32,000 nt of DNA. Source: Desulfocapsa sulfexigens DSM 10523 (GTDB taxonomy: Bacteria; Desulfobacterota; Desulfobulbia; Desulfobulbales; Desulfocapsaceae). A model generated the notes under the pieces. That model was not told where the DNA came from and did not search any database. It saw nothing but the letters and a program-made list of their open reading frames with translations. Location: positions 2,700,001-2,732,000 of the forward strand of contig NC_020304.1 in NCBI RefSeq assembly GCF_000341395.1, written 5' to 3'. Below, one piece after another: positions 18,359 to 27,192 of the stretch. The first letter of the stretch is position 1, and each line of letters opens with the position of its first letter. The position numbers and the translations under genes are program-made.

Positions 18359-19408
18359 ATGAGTGAGTTAAGAGTAGGAATTGCTGGATATGGTGTCGTC
18401 GGGAAGCGTCGTCGTGACTGTGTCGACAGGCATCCGAACATGAAGATAGTTGCTGTCTGTGATCGTACATTCGATGGTGATGGTGTCATGGATGATGGTG
18501 TACATTTTTATACTGACTATCAGAGTTTGTTGTCTGAAGATTTAGATGTTCTGATTGTTTGTTTAACCAATGACATTGCGCCAGATGTTACCGTTGCCGG
18601 ATTGGAAAAAGGTTTACATGTGTTTTGTGAAAAACCTCCAGGTCGGAGCGTGTCTGATATTGTACGAGTTATTGAAAAAGAACAAGAAAATTCACAGCTA
18701 AAGTTGATGTACGGATTTAATCATCGATACCATGATTCGGTACAGGATGCCCTTAATATTGTTCGTAGCGGTGAACTCGGCAAAGTTATTAACCTTCGTG
18801 GTGTGTATGGGAAATCGCAACTCATTACTTTCAATCAACCGGATTGGCGTACGAAACGTGAAATCGCAGGAGGGGGCGTCCTGTTGGACCAGGGAATCCA
18901 TATGGTTGACCTCATGCGTTTATTTGCTGGTGATTTTGAAGAGGTGTATAGCTTTATTGCAAACAATCATTGGGGGTTTAATGTCGAAGACAATGCTTAC
19001 GCCTTGATGCGAAGTAAAGATGGAGTCGTTGGTATGCTAAACTCTTCAGCTACTCAATGGCGGCATCGCTTCAATCTTGATATTAATCTTGAACGTGGCA
19101 CTTTAATTCTTGGGGGTATTCTGACAGGCTCTAAAAGCTATGGTGCAGAAACACTGGCTGTTATTCATGCTGATCCCGATAATGATTGTGGCGACCCCAA
19201 GGAACAACTCACCCGTTATAATCATGATCCATCGTGGGATGAAGAAATACGATTATTTGCTCATTACATTGACGCCGATTTACCGGTTAGCAGCGGTTCT
19301 TCTGATGATGCCCTGCAAACCATGAAGCTTGTTTATCGTATTTACTATGCAGATCCTGAATGGCGTAATGCTTATGATATTCCAGATCCTGATAACAATA
19401 CAGAATAA
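18359..19408 (+). CDS. Gfo/Idh/MocA-family oxidoreductase
   Basis: MSELRVGIAGYGVVGKRRRDCVDRHPNMKIVAVCD; GLEKGLHVFCEKPPGRSVSD; GFNHRYHDSVQDA; GVLLDQGIHMVDLMRLFAGDF. Confidence 0.93.
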   Translation: MSELRVGIAGYGVVGKRRRDCVDRHPNMKIVAVCDRTFDGDGVMDDGVHFYTDYQSLLSEDLDVLIVCLTNDIAPDVTVAGLEKGLHVFCEKPPGRSVSDIVRVIEKEQENSQLKLMYGFNHRYHDSVQDALNIVRSGELGKVINLRGVYGKSQLITFNQPDWRTKREIAGGGVLLDQGIHMVDLMRLFAGDFEEVYSFIANNHWGFNVEDNAYALMRSKDGVVGMLNSSATQWRHRFNLDINLERGTLILGGILTGSKSYGAETLAVIHADPDNDCGDPKEQLTRYNHDPSWDEEIRLFAHYIDADLPVSSGSSDDALQTMKLVYRIYYADPEWRNAYDIPDPDNNTE

Positions 19409-19440
19409 CTCACTAATATAAATATAATTGCACTGAAATT

Positions 19441-19506
19441 ATGAATAATCTTGATCTCCTTTTGTCAAAGGATATCGCCTCCTTCTTTGACCCTTATTTT
19501 GAATAA
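19441..19506 (+). pseudogene. Truncated remnant of SIS-domain isomerase gene start
   Basis: ATG...TAA encodes MNNLDLLLSKDIASFFDPYFE*, aligning to MNNLDRFFSKDIGSFSDSYFK at the start of the intact gene at 22055. Confidence 0.85.
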
Positions 19507-19642
19507 ATATTCTGGTTCTCAGAGATGAGAGTGAGGGGACATTTTTCAGGGTACAAACGATAGTGTGAAGCAATGATGCACATGATCGTTTACGAGAATT
19601 CCTATGATTTAAATCGTTATAAAGAAAACGAGGGGAAGCTTT

Positions 19643-20740
19643 ATGGAATTAGTACCACTGTTTCGAGGGGCACAGATAGGAAGCATACTAAAGTCATTGG
19701 AAAAAATTGAGGAAGATTCAGGGCTTTTTACAAATTCAGAGAAAATGAAAAAAGTGTTTCTTGACAGTGCAAATGAAGCTATTATTTGTGGTTATGGAAA
19801 AAGATTGATCCAATGGCGGAGGGGGATAAAAACTGCTATTAGACGTCACTCGCCTCAGTTATTTTACACACCTATTGGTGATACATATAGCAATGCATCG
19901 AGAATAAGGGTGAAAAATAATGTTATAGCTTTTTATCCAGAGTGGGGCCTTGTTTGTAAGTTCTGGTTAGGCACTGGAGTACGAAAGATTAATAATCTTT
20001 CCAATGAAGCAAAAGCAATTATGACTGCTGAAAGATATAACTTTTTAAAAGTGCCCAAAATCGTTCTTGATAAGTCATCTTTCCATGGTGGCCAACCTCC
20101 GGCGTTATGGTTTGAATTATTTCGAGGATATTTTCCACCAAAGGCTACTGATAACAAGTCGAAAACTGCGCTTGAATTTCTAAGGGTTATGTTTCTGTGG
20201 TATCAAGAGCACGGGATTCATTTTATTAAACCTGGAGAAGTGTCGCAAATCGATAAACGGGTAAATGTTAATTTTGAGGAGCTCCTGTCATATGGGTGGG
20301 AACCCGAGAAAGCTAACTTGATTTTACTTGCAAATAAAAGAATTGTTGAATCTCGCAAGACGTTGCCTGTATCCTATATTCATGGTGATGCAAGTGTCGG
20401 TAATTGTTTGGTTAACGAGGCGGGTGAGGTGCTGATTCTTGATTGGGAAGAGACAAGAAAAGGGTATATTGCAGAAGACGTATTTACCTTATTTCAACAT
20501 GGCGGAGTATCAGTCAGGGAATCATATGAGAAATGGCTGGCAAACATTGCCCCTAACGATGCTCACACTTTAGCGTGTGACATTCAGCTAGAAGTGTTAA
20601 GAATGTGGAAAAACCTGAATTTACAATCGATTCGAAAATACCTCGATAATATAATACCTACTGATGAGACCAATAAACGAATCGGATTAATCAAGAGTAG
20701 AGTTATCTCATCAGCAAGACAGATATGTAACAACATTTGA
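19643..20740 (+). CDS. Aminoglycoside phosphotransferase/choline kinase-like protein
   Basis: Brenner motif VSYIHGDASVGNCLVNEAGEVLILDWEETRKG; upstream GAGGGG ribosome-binding-site-like sequence. Confidence 0.72.
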   Translation: MELVPLFRGAQIGSILKSLEKIEEDSGLFTNSEKMKKVFLDSANEAIICGYGKRLIQWRRGIKTAIRRHSPQLFYTPIGDTYSNASRIRVKNNVIAFYPEWGLVCKFWLGTGVRKINNLSNEAKAIMTAERYNFLKVPKIVLDKSSFHGGQPPALWFELFRGYFPPKATDNKSKTALEFLRVMFLWYQEHGIHFIKPGEVSQIDKRVNVNFEELLSYGWEPEKANLILLANKRIVESRKTLPVSYIHGDASVGNCLVNEAGEVLILDWEETRKGYIAEDVFTLFQHGGVSVRESYEKWLANIAPNDAHTLACDIQLEVLRMWKNLNLQSIRKYLDNIIPTDETNKRIGLIKSRVISSARQICNNI

Positions 20741-20752
20741 TAGGAGAAAGGT

Positions 20753-21565
20753 ATGAATAGTTTTTCTTTGAAAGAGGAAGAAATTAAGGATTTGAGCGCG
20801 TATTCTCAATTACCTGAACGACTACGGGTGAAGTGTGAACAAGTAGTTGACAAGGGAGTGGATTGTGATGTTTTTGGCGTAAGGGATAGGTTTTCAGCGA
20901 TTAAGCAAATTTTGCATGGGAGATCCCTAGGTAGGGTTATTGATCTAGGTTGTTGTTCCGGCTTTTTTTCACTATCAATGCTTGATTCTGGAATGGCTAC
21001 TAATGCAACTATGTATGATATGAATGATAGTTCCTTAGCGTTTGGGGAAAAGATAGCGAAGGCTTTAGATCTCGAAGACAATGCAGACTTTGAAAAAGAA
21101 AAAATAACTTTAGATTTTGTGCAGAAATTACAACCTGTTGATACTGTCATATGTCTAAACTTGTTACATCACGCTGGGGTGTTGTTTGATGTGGACATTG
21201 TACAATCAATCGGATGGGGGGAGTATGCTCGTAAATGGATGTTGGCACTAAAGAAGAAAGCTAATGTTTTAATACTTGGCGTTGGATTGAAAGGGAAGAA
21301 GCCGGTAAATTGGGATGTTGCACAGTTTGATCGTGCATTGGAATTCTTCAAGATAGCTGAAAGTGCTGGATGGAAAATGGTTTATGATGCTAATGTTTGG
21401 GATATAAGACGATACGGTGTGACGAAAGCCAACGGAAAGCGTACTCATGGGATCCGTTTTAATGCGCGTATCGATTTTCTTCGAAGACAGATTCAGCAGA
21501 AGTTTCATTTAAAAGATAGTGGCGAAAAACTGAACAAATATCACTTGTTTATAATGGAATTATGA
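20753..21565 (+). CDS. Class I SAM-dependent methyltransferase
   Basis: RVIDLGCCSGFFSLSMLDSGMATNATMYDMND motif I; VDTVICLNLLHHAG motif. Confidence 0.75.
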   Translation: MNSFSLKEEEIKDLSAYSQLPERLRVKCEQVVDKGVDCDVFGVRDRFSAIKQILHGRSLGRVIDLGCCSGFFSLSMLDSGMATNATMYDMNDSSLAFGEKIAKALDLEDNADFEKEKITLDFVQKLQPVDTVICLNLLHHAGVLFDVDIVQSIGWGEYARKWMLALKKKANVLILGVGLKGKKPVNWDVAQFDRALEFFKIAESAGWKMVYDANVWDIRRYGVTKANGKRTHGIRFNARIDFLRRQIQQKFHLKDSGEKLNKYHLFIMEL

Positions 21566-21572
21566 GTGTAAG

Positions 21573-22120
21573 AATGTTTACTTGATGTTTGTTTTCGATT
21601 TGATTAACAAGTAGACAATTCATTTTAGACGTAATTCTAAGAGGGTGCGTGCGTATTAAATTTTGTGCGACGAATCCTCAATAAATGATTAAATATAATG
21701 AATTGAGATTTGGGATAACCGGATATGGTGTTATGGAAGATGTGTGCGTTTTATAGCGCCTATCGTAGATTATTGTCTGAAAAAATTGATATCCTAATTG
21801 TTTATTTGACCAATGACATTGCCCCGGATGTTACCATTACCGGATTGGAAAAGGTTTGATCGCTTTAATCTTGATATTAACCTTGAACGTGGCACTTTGA
21901 TTCTCGGCGGTTCTTCTGACGATGCCCTGCAAAACATGAAGCTTGTTTGTCGTATTTACTTAACAGATCCTGAATGGCGTAATACTTACGATATTCCAGA
22001 TCCTGATAATAATACAGAATAACTTACTAATATAAAAATATTTACATTGAAATTATGAATAATCTTGATCGTTTTTTTTCAAAGGATATTGGCTCATTCT
22101 CTGATTCTTATTTTAAATAT
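21573..22120 (+). repeat. Copy 2 of the diverged duplication (leader + internally deleted oxidoreductase + intact SIS gene start)
   Basis: AATGTTTACTTGATGTTT...GATTTGATTAACAA...; blocks match 18203-~18405, ~18507-~18613, ~19068-~19118 and ~19293-19506. Confidence 0.8.
21698..22022 (+). pseudogene. Decayed Gfo/Idh/MocA oxidoreductase with at least three internal deletions
   Basis: Start region ATGAATTGAGATTTGGGATAACCGGATATGGTG parallels the start of the 18359 gene. Later blocks are LTNDIAPDVTITGLEK (frame-disrupted), then RFNLDINLERGTLILGG fused to SSDDALQNMKLVCRIYLTDPEWRNTYDIPDPDNNTE*. Confidence 0.88.
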
Positions 22121-22657
22121 TTAAAACAGATTCTGGATAATATTGATCTTTTAGAGGTCAAACGTTTTGTAGAAATACTACTTGATGCCAGAGAGAAAGG
22201 GAAAACAGTATTTTTTATTGGAAATGGAGGGAGTGCTTCCACTGCAAGTCATTTTGCCAATGATCTCTCCTTTGGCTGTAATGAGTACGAGAAGCCTTTC
22301 CACGTGGTAAGCTTAACAGATAATGTCTCAATATTAACCGCTCTTGGCAATGATTTTGGTTATGAAGAAATTTTTGTTCGTCAGCTAATGATTCAGAGTA
22401 AACCTGGTGATGTTCTGGTAGGCATTTCAGCCTCCGGGAATTCGCCAAATATTATAAATGCATTTAAGTATGCTTCTGATGTCGGCATCCTCAGCGTCGC
22501 ACTGACAGCGTTTGATGGCGGTAAAATGAAAGAAAATGCTGACGAAGGAATACATGTGCCCACGGATTTTAAAGAATATGGTCCTGCAGAAGATGCCCAC
22601 ATGATTCTTGATCACCTGGTGACTGCCTATTTGATGAGGGTTATCAGACTTGCCTGA
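22055..22657 (+). CDS. SIS-domain sugar-phosphate isomerase, GmhA-like (phosphoheptose isomerase family)
   Basis: GKTVFFIGNGGSASTASHFANDLSFG; DVLVGISASGNSPNIINAFKYA; AEDAHMILDHLVTAYLMR. Confidence 0.88.
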   Translation: MNNLDRFFSKDIGSFSDSYFKYLKQILDNIDLLEVKRFVEILLDAREKGKTVFFIGNGGSASTASHFANDLSFGCNEYEKPFHVVSLTDNVSILTALGNDFGYEEIFVRQLMIQSKPGDVLVGISASGNSPNIINAFKYASDVGILSVALTAFDGGKMKENADEGIHVPTDFKEYGPAEDAHMILDHLVTAYLMRVIRLA

Positions 22658-23411
22658 TGTTAAAGAACTTCTAGATATAGTGCAGCGTACTGTTAGGTCT
22701 TCCTGCAAGTTGCTGTGTGAATCTCAGCAACAAAATATCCGTTCCCATTCATACCTGAAATTGTTGCCCCGAGAGATGAAAGCAACTGCTGACCAGCTCT
22801 TGGAACATGAAATTCTCACTCACCTGGAGCCCCTAGGTCTACCGATTCTAAGTGAGGAGTTTGGGGAAAAAGATGGAAGATTTGAATCTGATTATAAGTT
22901 TATAGTTGATCCCCTTGATGGGACTGTAAATTTTGTTAGAGGCTTGGGCCCGGCTGCTGTTTCTATAGCGTTTTATAAAAACAATGATCCGGTTTTCGGT
23001 GTGCTTGGTCTATATCCTTCGTGCAGTCTGGCATGGGGGGGGAAGAATTTAGGTGCCTTCATCGATGGTAAACCAATACAAGTGTCCTCTATTTCAAATC
23101 CTGTCCAGGCTGTCCTGTGTACCGGCATTCCATCAAGATTCCAATTTAATAAAAAAGAGTCATCGTTGTTAATCAAAACCATAAGCCGTTACGGCAAGGT
23201 GCGGATGCTGGGTGCAGCTTCAATGTCGCTCCTTCAAGTGGCTCAAGGGACTGCCGAAGTATATACTGAAAGAGGTATCATGCTGTGGGACGTGGCTGCA
23301 GGACTGGCCATTGTTGAAGGGGCTGGTGGAGTTTTTGATGTTGGACCTGGGGAAAATCCTAATACCTTAAACGTAGTTGCCTCTAATGGGGTGATGAATA
23401 TAAATGGGTAA
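22650..23411 (+). CDS. Inositol monophosphatase-family phosphatase
   Basis: LSEEFGE; IVDPLDGTVNFVRGLGPAAVSIAF; MLWDVAAGLAIVEGAGG; overlaps SIS gene by 8 bp. Confidence 0.9.
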   Translation: MPDVKELLDIVQRTVRSSCKLLCESQQQNIRSHSYLKLLPREMKATADQLLEHEILTHLEPLGLPILSEEFGEKDGRFESDYKFIVDPLDGTVNFVRGLGPAAVSIAFYKNNDPVFGVLGLYPSCSLAWGGKNLGAFIDGKPIQVSSISNPVQAVLCTGIPSRFQFNKKESSLLIKTISRYGKVRMLGAASMSLLQVAQGTAEVYTERGIMLWDVAAGLAIVEGAGGVFDVGPGENPNTLNVVASNGVMNING

Positions 23412-23419
23412 CGAAAGTT

Positions 23420-24352
23420 ATGAATACAACAGCTAAAGTTGCGGTTTGTTCCCGCTCATTTTCCTTAAATACCGTTTTACGTGAAGAACTACTTCAACGT
23501 TATAAGAATGTAAATTTTAACGATATTGGAGCCAAGCTTGAGGGCAAAGTACTTGTTGATTTTTTACGCGGACACGATAAAGCCATTACAGCTCTTGAGG
23601 TTATCGGTGAAGAGGTGCTTTCTCAATTGCCTGAGTTGACTGTTATAAGTAAATATGGTGTTGGTCTTGATATGATAGACATGAATGCCATGAAGAAGTA
23701 CGGCATTAAACTTGGTTGGACAGGAGGGGTTAATCGGCGATCAGTTTCTGAGCTAGTAATTTCTTTTGCCATAGCATTGCTGCGGCATGTTGTTGCCGCT
23801 AACCGAGAAGTCTTATCAGGTACCTGGCGGCAGCATATGGGGGGGTATCTATCCGGTCGTACTGTCGGGATTATTGGTTGCGGATACATTGGTAAAGATC
23901 TGGTAAAAATGCTGCAACCATTTGATTGCCCCATCCTTGTGAATGATATTCTGGATTACAGTGAATTTTATGATCAATATAATGTCAAGGCAGTGTCTGT
24001 TGGAGAGCTTCTTACACAGTCTGATGTTGTAACTCTGCATGTGCCATTGGATGATTCAACTCGGAACATCCTCACTGCAGAACGTCTAGCTCTGATGAAG
24101 GCCGATGCAATATTGATAAATGCAGCCAGAGGAGGGTTGGTGGATGAACAGGCACTAAAGGAAATGCTTCAAACTGGCCGTCTCGCTGCGGCAGCGTTTG
24201 ATGTCTTTGCAGTGGAGCCGCCACAGGATCAGGAATTACTCGAGTTATCAAATTTTATCGTGACACCTCATATAGGTGGTAGTGCCCGAGAAGCTATATT
24301 GGCAATGGGCCGTGCGGCCATTGAGGGCTTGGATAATAATAATATTGTCTAA
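23420..24352 (+). CDS. D-2-hydroxyacid dehydrogenase family (second paralogue)
   Basis: ISKYGVGLDMIDMNAMKKYGIKLGWTGGVNRRSVSEL; GRTVGIIGCGYIGKDLVKML; ADAILINAARGGLVDEQAL; NFIVTPHIGGSAREA. Confidence 0.92.
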   Translation: MNTTAKVAVCSRSFSLNTVLREELLQRYKNVNFNDIGAKLEGKVLVDFLRGHDKAITALEVIGEEVLSQLPELTVISKYGVGLDMIDMNAMKKYGIKLGWTGGVNRRSVSELVISFAIALLRHVVAANREVLSGTWRQHMGGYLSGRTVGIIGCGYIGKDLVKMLQPFDCPILVNDILDYSEFYDQYNVKAVSVGELLTQSDVVTLHVPLDDSTRNILTAERLALMKADAILINAARGGLVDEQALKEMLQTGRLAAAAFDVFAVEPPQDQELLELSNFIVTPHIGGSAREAILAMGRAAIEGLDNNNIV

Positions 24353-24375
24353 ATGATTAGACGATATCAGTCAGT

Positions 24376-25329
24376 ATGAAAATTGTAGTTATCAATTCAA
24401 ATGGCCCGATGGGGAGTTCTGTTGTCGGTGCTATTGTGGAGAAATTCGGATATCTGAATGCACCGGTCCGAAATCTTGGTTTAAATAGATGTTTGCTCAG
24501 TCAAAATGAAACTGACATAGGTCGATTTAAACAAAATTTTATTAACATGTTCACTTCTCAGAGTAAGAAGATCAAGATGGGGGGAGTGAGTATGCTTGAT
24601 CGAGACTCAGGTCCTTCCTATTGTCCCATCGACAAATCCTTAATAGAGAAAGAGATATCGGATATAGAAAAGTCAGAATTTACGAGTATTTCTGATCTTT
24701 ATACCTCCTTGAGGAGTGCATATACAAAAGCAATAAAGTATAAAACAAGTAAACATGTACCAGGAAAACATATAGAATACACAACTTATTTTGATCAATA
24801 TCCCACGAAAGAGCTGTGTGATGCCTATGTTGATGAATTTAAGGACGTTACCTTCATCCACATGCATCGAAATTTTGTTGGTTGGGTTGAATCTGTTATG
24901 TCGCAGTATTTTTCGGGGTCCCACAGATGGCATATTATTCTTCTTCACGCGCTGCGCAGACGTTATGTTGACTATGAAAATAGCATAAAACATTGCCCTG
25001 GCCTGCATATCGATTTTGATTCTTTATTTAAGGAAGACCGCAATCAAGTAATAGCTGCAATAGCAGAGGAATTGTGTGAGCCAGTTCCTCTGCTAAAATG
25101 GGATAATGTTTCATATGATCTTTATGGACAATTGAGAGATTTTTCATCCACATTTACATTGGCAGATGTTGAAGGAACACATCTCTCGTCGGGTACGCGA
25201 TGGTTTATAAGATACTGTGTTGAAAAAGAGAAAATAACTCGTTTTCATGACCTTATTTTTTACGTTTTCTGCCTGTATGACGCTGCTATTTTTGTGATCA
25301 AAAAGAGGTTAAAAGCTGCGCGTTTATAG
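24376..25329 (+). CDS. Sulfotransferase-like protein (PAPS-binding-fold, tentative)
   Basis: N-terminal INSNGPMGSSVVGAIVEKFGY resembles a 5'-PSB loop; FIHMHRNFVGWVESVMSQYF resembles a 3'-PB segment. Weak motif-level call only. Confidence 0.45.
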   Translation: MKIVVINSNGPMGSSVVGAIVEKFGYLNAPVRNLGLNRCLLSQNETDIGRFKQNFINMFTSQSKKIKMGGVSMLDRDSGPSYCPIDKSLIEKEISDIEKSEFTSISDLYTSLRSAYTKAIKYKTSKHVPGKHIEYTTYFDQYPTKELCDAYVDEFKDVTFIHMHRNFVGWVESVMSQYFSGSHRWHIILLHALRRRYVDYENSIKHCPGLHIDFDSLFKEDRNQVIAAIAEELCEPVPLLKWDNVSYDLYGQLRDFSSTFTLADVEGTHLSSGTRWFIRYCVEKEKITRFHDLIFYVFCLYDAAIFVIKKRLKAARL

Positions 25330-25390
25330 AAAAGAAATTACCTTTTGTGCCTGGACGATAACGTCATGATTTGGCAACCAATTTAAGTCT

Positions 25391-27163
25391 GTGAGAAATA
25401 TGTTTTTTCATTATTTTAGCTATTTTAGGAAAGAGACAGGAAATAAAATATACTTGTTTATTTTCTTTTCTATCTTTGCAGCGGGGTTGGATGGCTTAGG
25501 TATCTCGGCCCTGGTCCCCCTGATCTCCCTGGATTTTACTGGAGAGATGGGCGGTGATGTCGTTTCAAAGTTAGTTTATTGGTTTTTCTCTTTTACTGGA
25601 ATTGAGCCGAGTGTTAAGGCCGTTCTGGTTTTTATTCTGGTAATATTTTTCGTTAAATTGCTGTTTAGTTTTTCCCAACAAGTTATTAGCTCTTATATCA
25701 CTACGTGGTTGAGTGAGCATTTGAAACGTAAAAGTGCCATCGCATATAGCAATATGACGTATAGTTATTATACGACGACCAAGATAGGGTTTTTGAACAA
25801 TTTACTGACGACTGAAATAGTAACGGTTGTTGCATGTTTCAAGAAATTATCTCAGGTTGTTGTTCTTGCATGTAACCTTCTGGCTTATCTTGCCTTCTCA
25901 TTTATGGTCAACTGGCAGCTGACTGTAGCTGTATTATTGTTAGGGCTTGTCTTAAATATTACATACAAGAAGATCCGAATTTCAGTTGCAAAAATATCAT
26001 ATCGTATCACGAAAGTGAATGCTTCAACACAGAATATACTAATTGAATTCATTAGTAATTATAAATATCTAAAGGCAACATCTACCTCTAATATCTATCT
26101 GAAACATTTATTTCCTGTTTTGAATAATAGTAGGATGCTTAATTTTAGAAATAACGTTTATGATAGTTTCACGCTCACAACCTTTGATTTTTTTCGAGTG
26201 GTGGTTCTTGTGGCTGCCTTGGCTTTTATGGTTGAAGTGAAAGGTGCTAAAATAACTGAGTTAATAGTACCTCTGGCATTGATTGCACGAAGTTTTGGGA
26301 TGATATTAGGGCTACAGTCTGTCTGGCAGGCATTTGTTAGTAAAAGCGGAAGTATTGTGGTGTTGGAGGAAGCCGAACGGAAATTGAAGCTGAACTCTGA
26401 GATTTCAAAAAACGATGAAATACAAACATTTAACCATGCAATACAAATGACTAATGTGAGTTATTCGTTTGATACCAACTCTGTTCTAAATGATGTGAAT
26501 CTTACAATTAAAAAAGGAATGTGTATAGGGTTAGCTGGTCCGTCAGGCTCAGGAAAAACTACCATGGTTGATATCCTTGTCGGCCTGCTTGAACCCACTA
26601 AGGGAAAAGTGGAAATCGATGGGAAAGATTACTCAACACTGAATAAAGAAAGCTTACGCTCACATTTTGGATACGTTACTCAAGATCCTGTTATTTTCAA
26701 TGATTCAATCGCAAATAACATTTCGTTTTGGGATACTGTCCAGTCAACTGGAAGTAAATTGGAAAATGCATTGGAATCTGCAGGATGTACAGAATTTGTG
26801 TCTGAATTTCCAGAAAAAGAGCAGGCTATGGTTGGAGATAAAGGAGTAAAGTTATCTGGTGGCCAGAGGCAAAGAATATCAATAGCGCGCGAGATATATT
26901 CTGATTCTGATATTATCGTTTTTGATGAAGCAACAGCTGCCCTTGATAGTGAGTCTGAACGAATTATTCAAGACAGTATCGAAAAACTACGGGGAAATAA
27001 AACTATGCTTATTATTGCCCATAGGTTATCCACATTGAAAATATGCGATATGATCCACGTAATCAATAATGGTTCAATCGTTGAAGAAGGAACGTGGGAT
27101 GAGTTATTGCATTCAGAGAATGTATTTGCGGAAATGTGCAGGAAGCAAGGAATAATTTCCTAA
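25391..27163 (+). CDS. ABC exporter, fused permease and ATPase (MsbA/PglK-like)
   Basis: TM region followed by Walker A GLAGPSGSGKTTMVDILVGLLEP, signature VKLSGGQRQRISIARE, Walker B DIIVFDEATAALDS. Confidence 0.95.
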   Translation: MRNMFFHYFSYFRKETGNKIYLFIFFSIFAAGLDGLGISALVPLISLDFTGEMGGDVVSKLVYWFFSFTGIEPSVKAVLVFILVIFFVKLLFSFSQQVISSYITTWLSEHLKRKSAIAYSNMTYSYYTTTKIGFLNNLLTTEIVTVVACFKKLSQVVVLACNLLAYLAFSFMVNWQLTVAVLLLGLVLNITYKKIRISVAKISYRITKVNASTQNILIEFISNYKYLKATSTSNIYLKHLFPVLNNSRMLNFRNNVYDSFTLTTFDFFRVVVLVAALAFMVEVKGAKITELIVPLALIARSFGMILGLQSVWQAFVSKSGSIVVLEEAERKLKLNSEISKNDEIQTFNHAIQMTNVSYSFDTNSVLNDVNLTIKKGMCIGLAGPSGSGKTTMVDILVGLLEPTKGKVEIDGKDYSTLNKESLRSHFGYVTQDPVIFNDSIANNISFWDTVQSTGSKLENALESAGCTEFVSEFPEKEQAMVGDKGVKLSGGQRQRISIAREIYSDSDIIVFDEATAALDSESERIIQDSIEKLRGNKTMLIIAHRLSTLKICDMIHVINNGSIVEEGTWDELLHSENVFAEMCRKQGIIS

Positions 27164-27192
27164 AATATAAGACGACTATACACGGAAGTAAA

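Larger units (their letters stand above)
18203..19506 (+). repeat. Copy 1 of a diverged direct duplication (leader + complete oxidoreductase gene + truncated SIS gene start)
   Basis: AATGTTTCCTTGATGTTT...GATTTGATTAACAA...oxidoreductase...ACAGAATAACTCACTAATATAAATATAATTG...GAAATTATGAATAATCTTGAT, homologous to 21573..~22120. Confidence 0.85.

Noticed and set aside
21813-22022. 69-aa small protein gene
   Set aside because: It is the fused remnant of an internally deleted oxidoreductase pseudogene, homologous block by block to 18359-19408.
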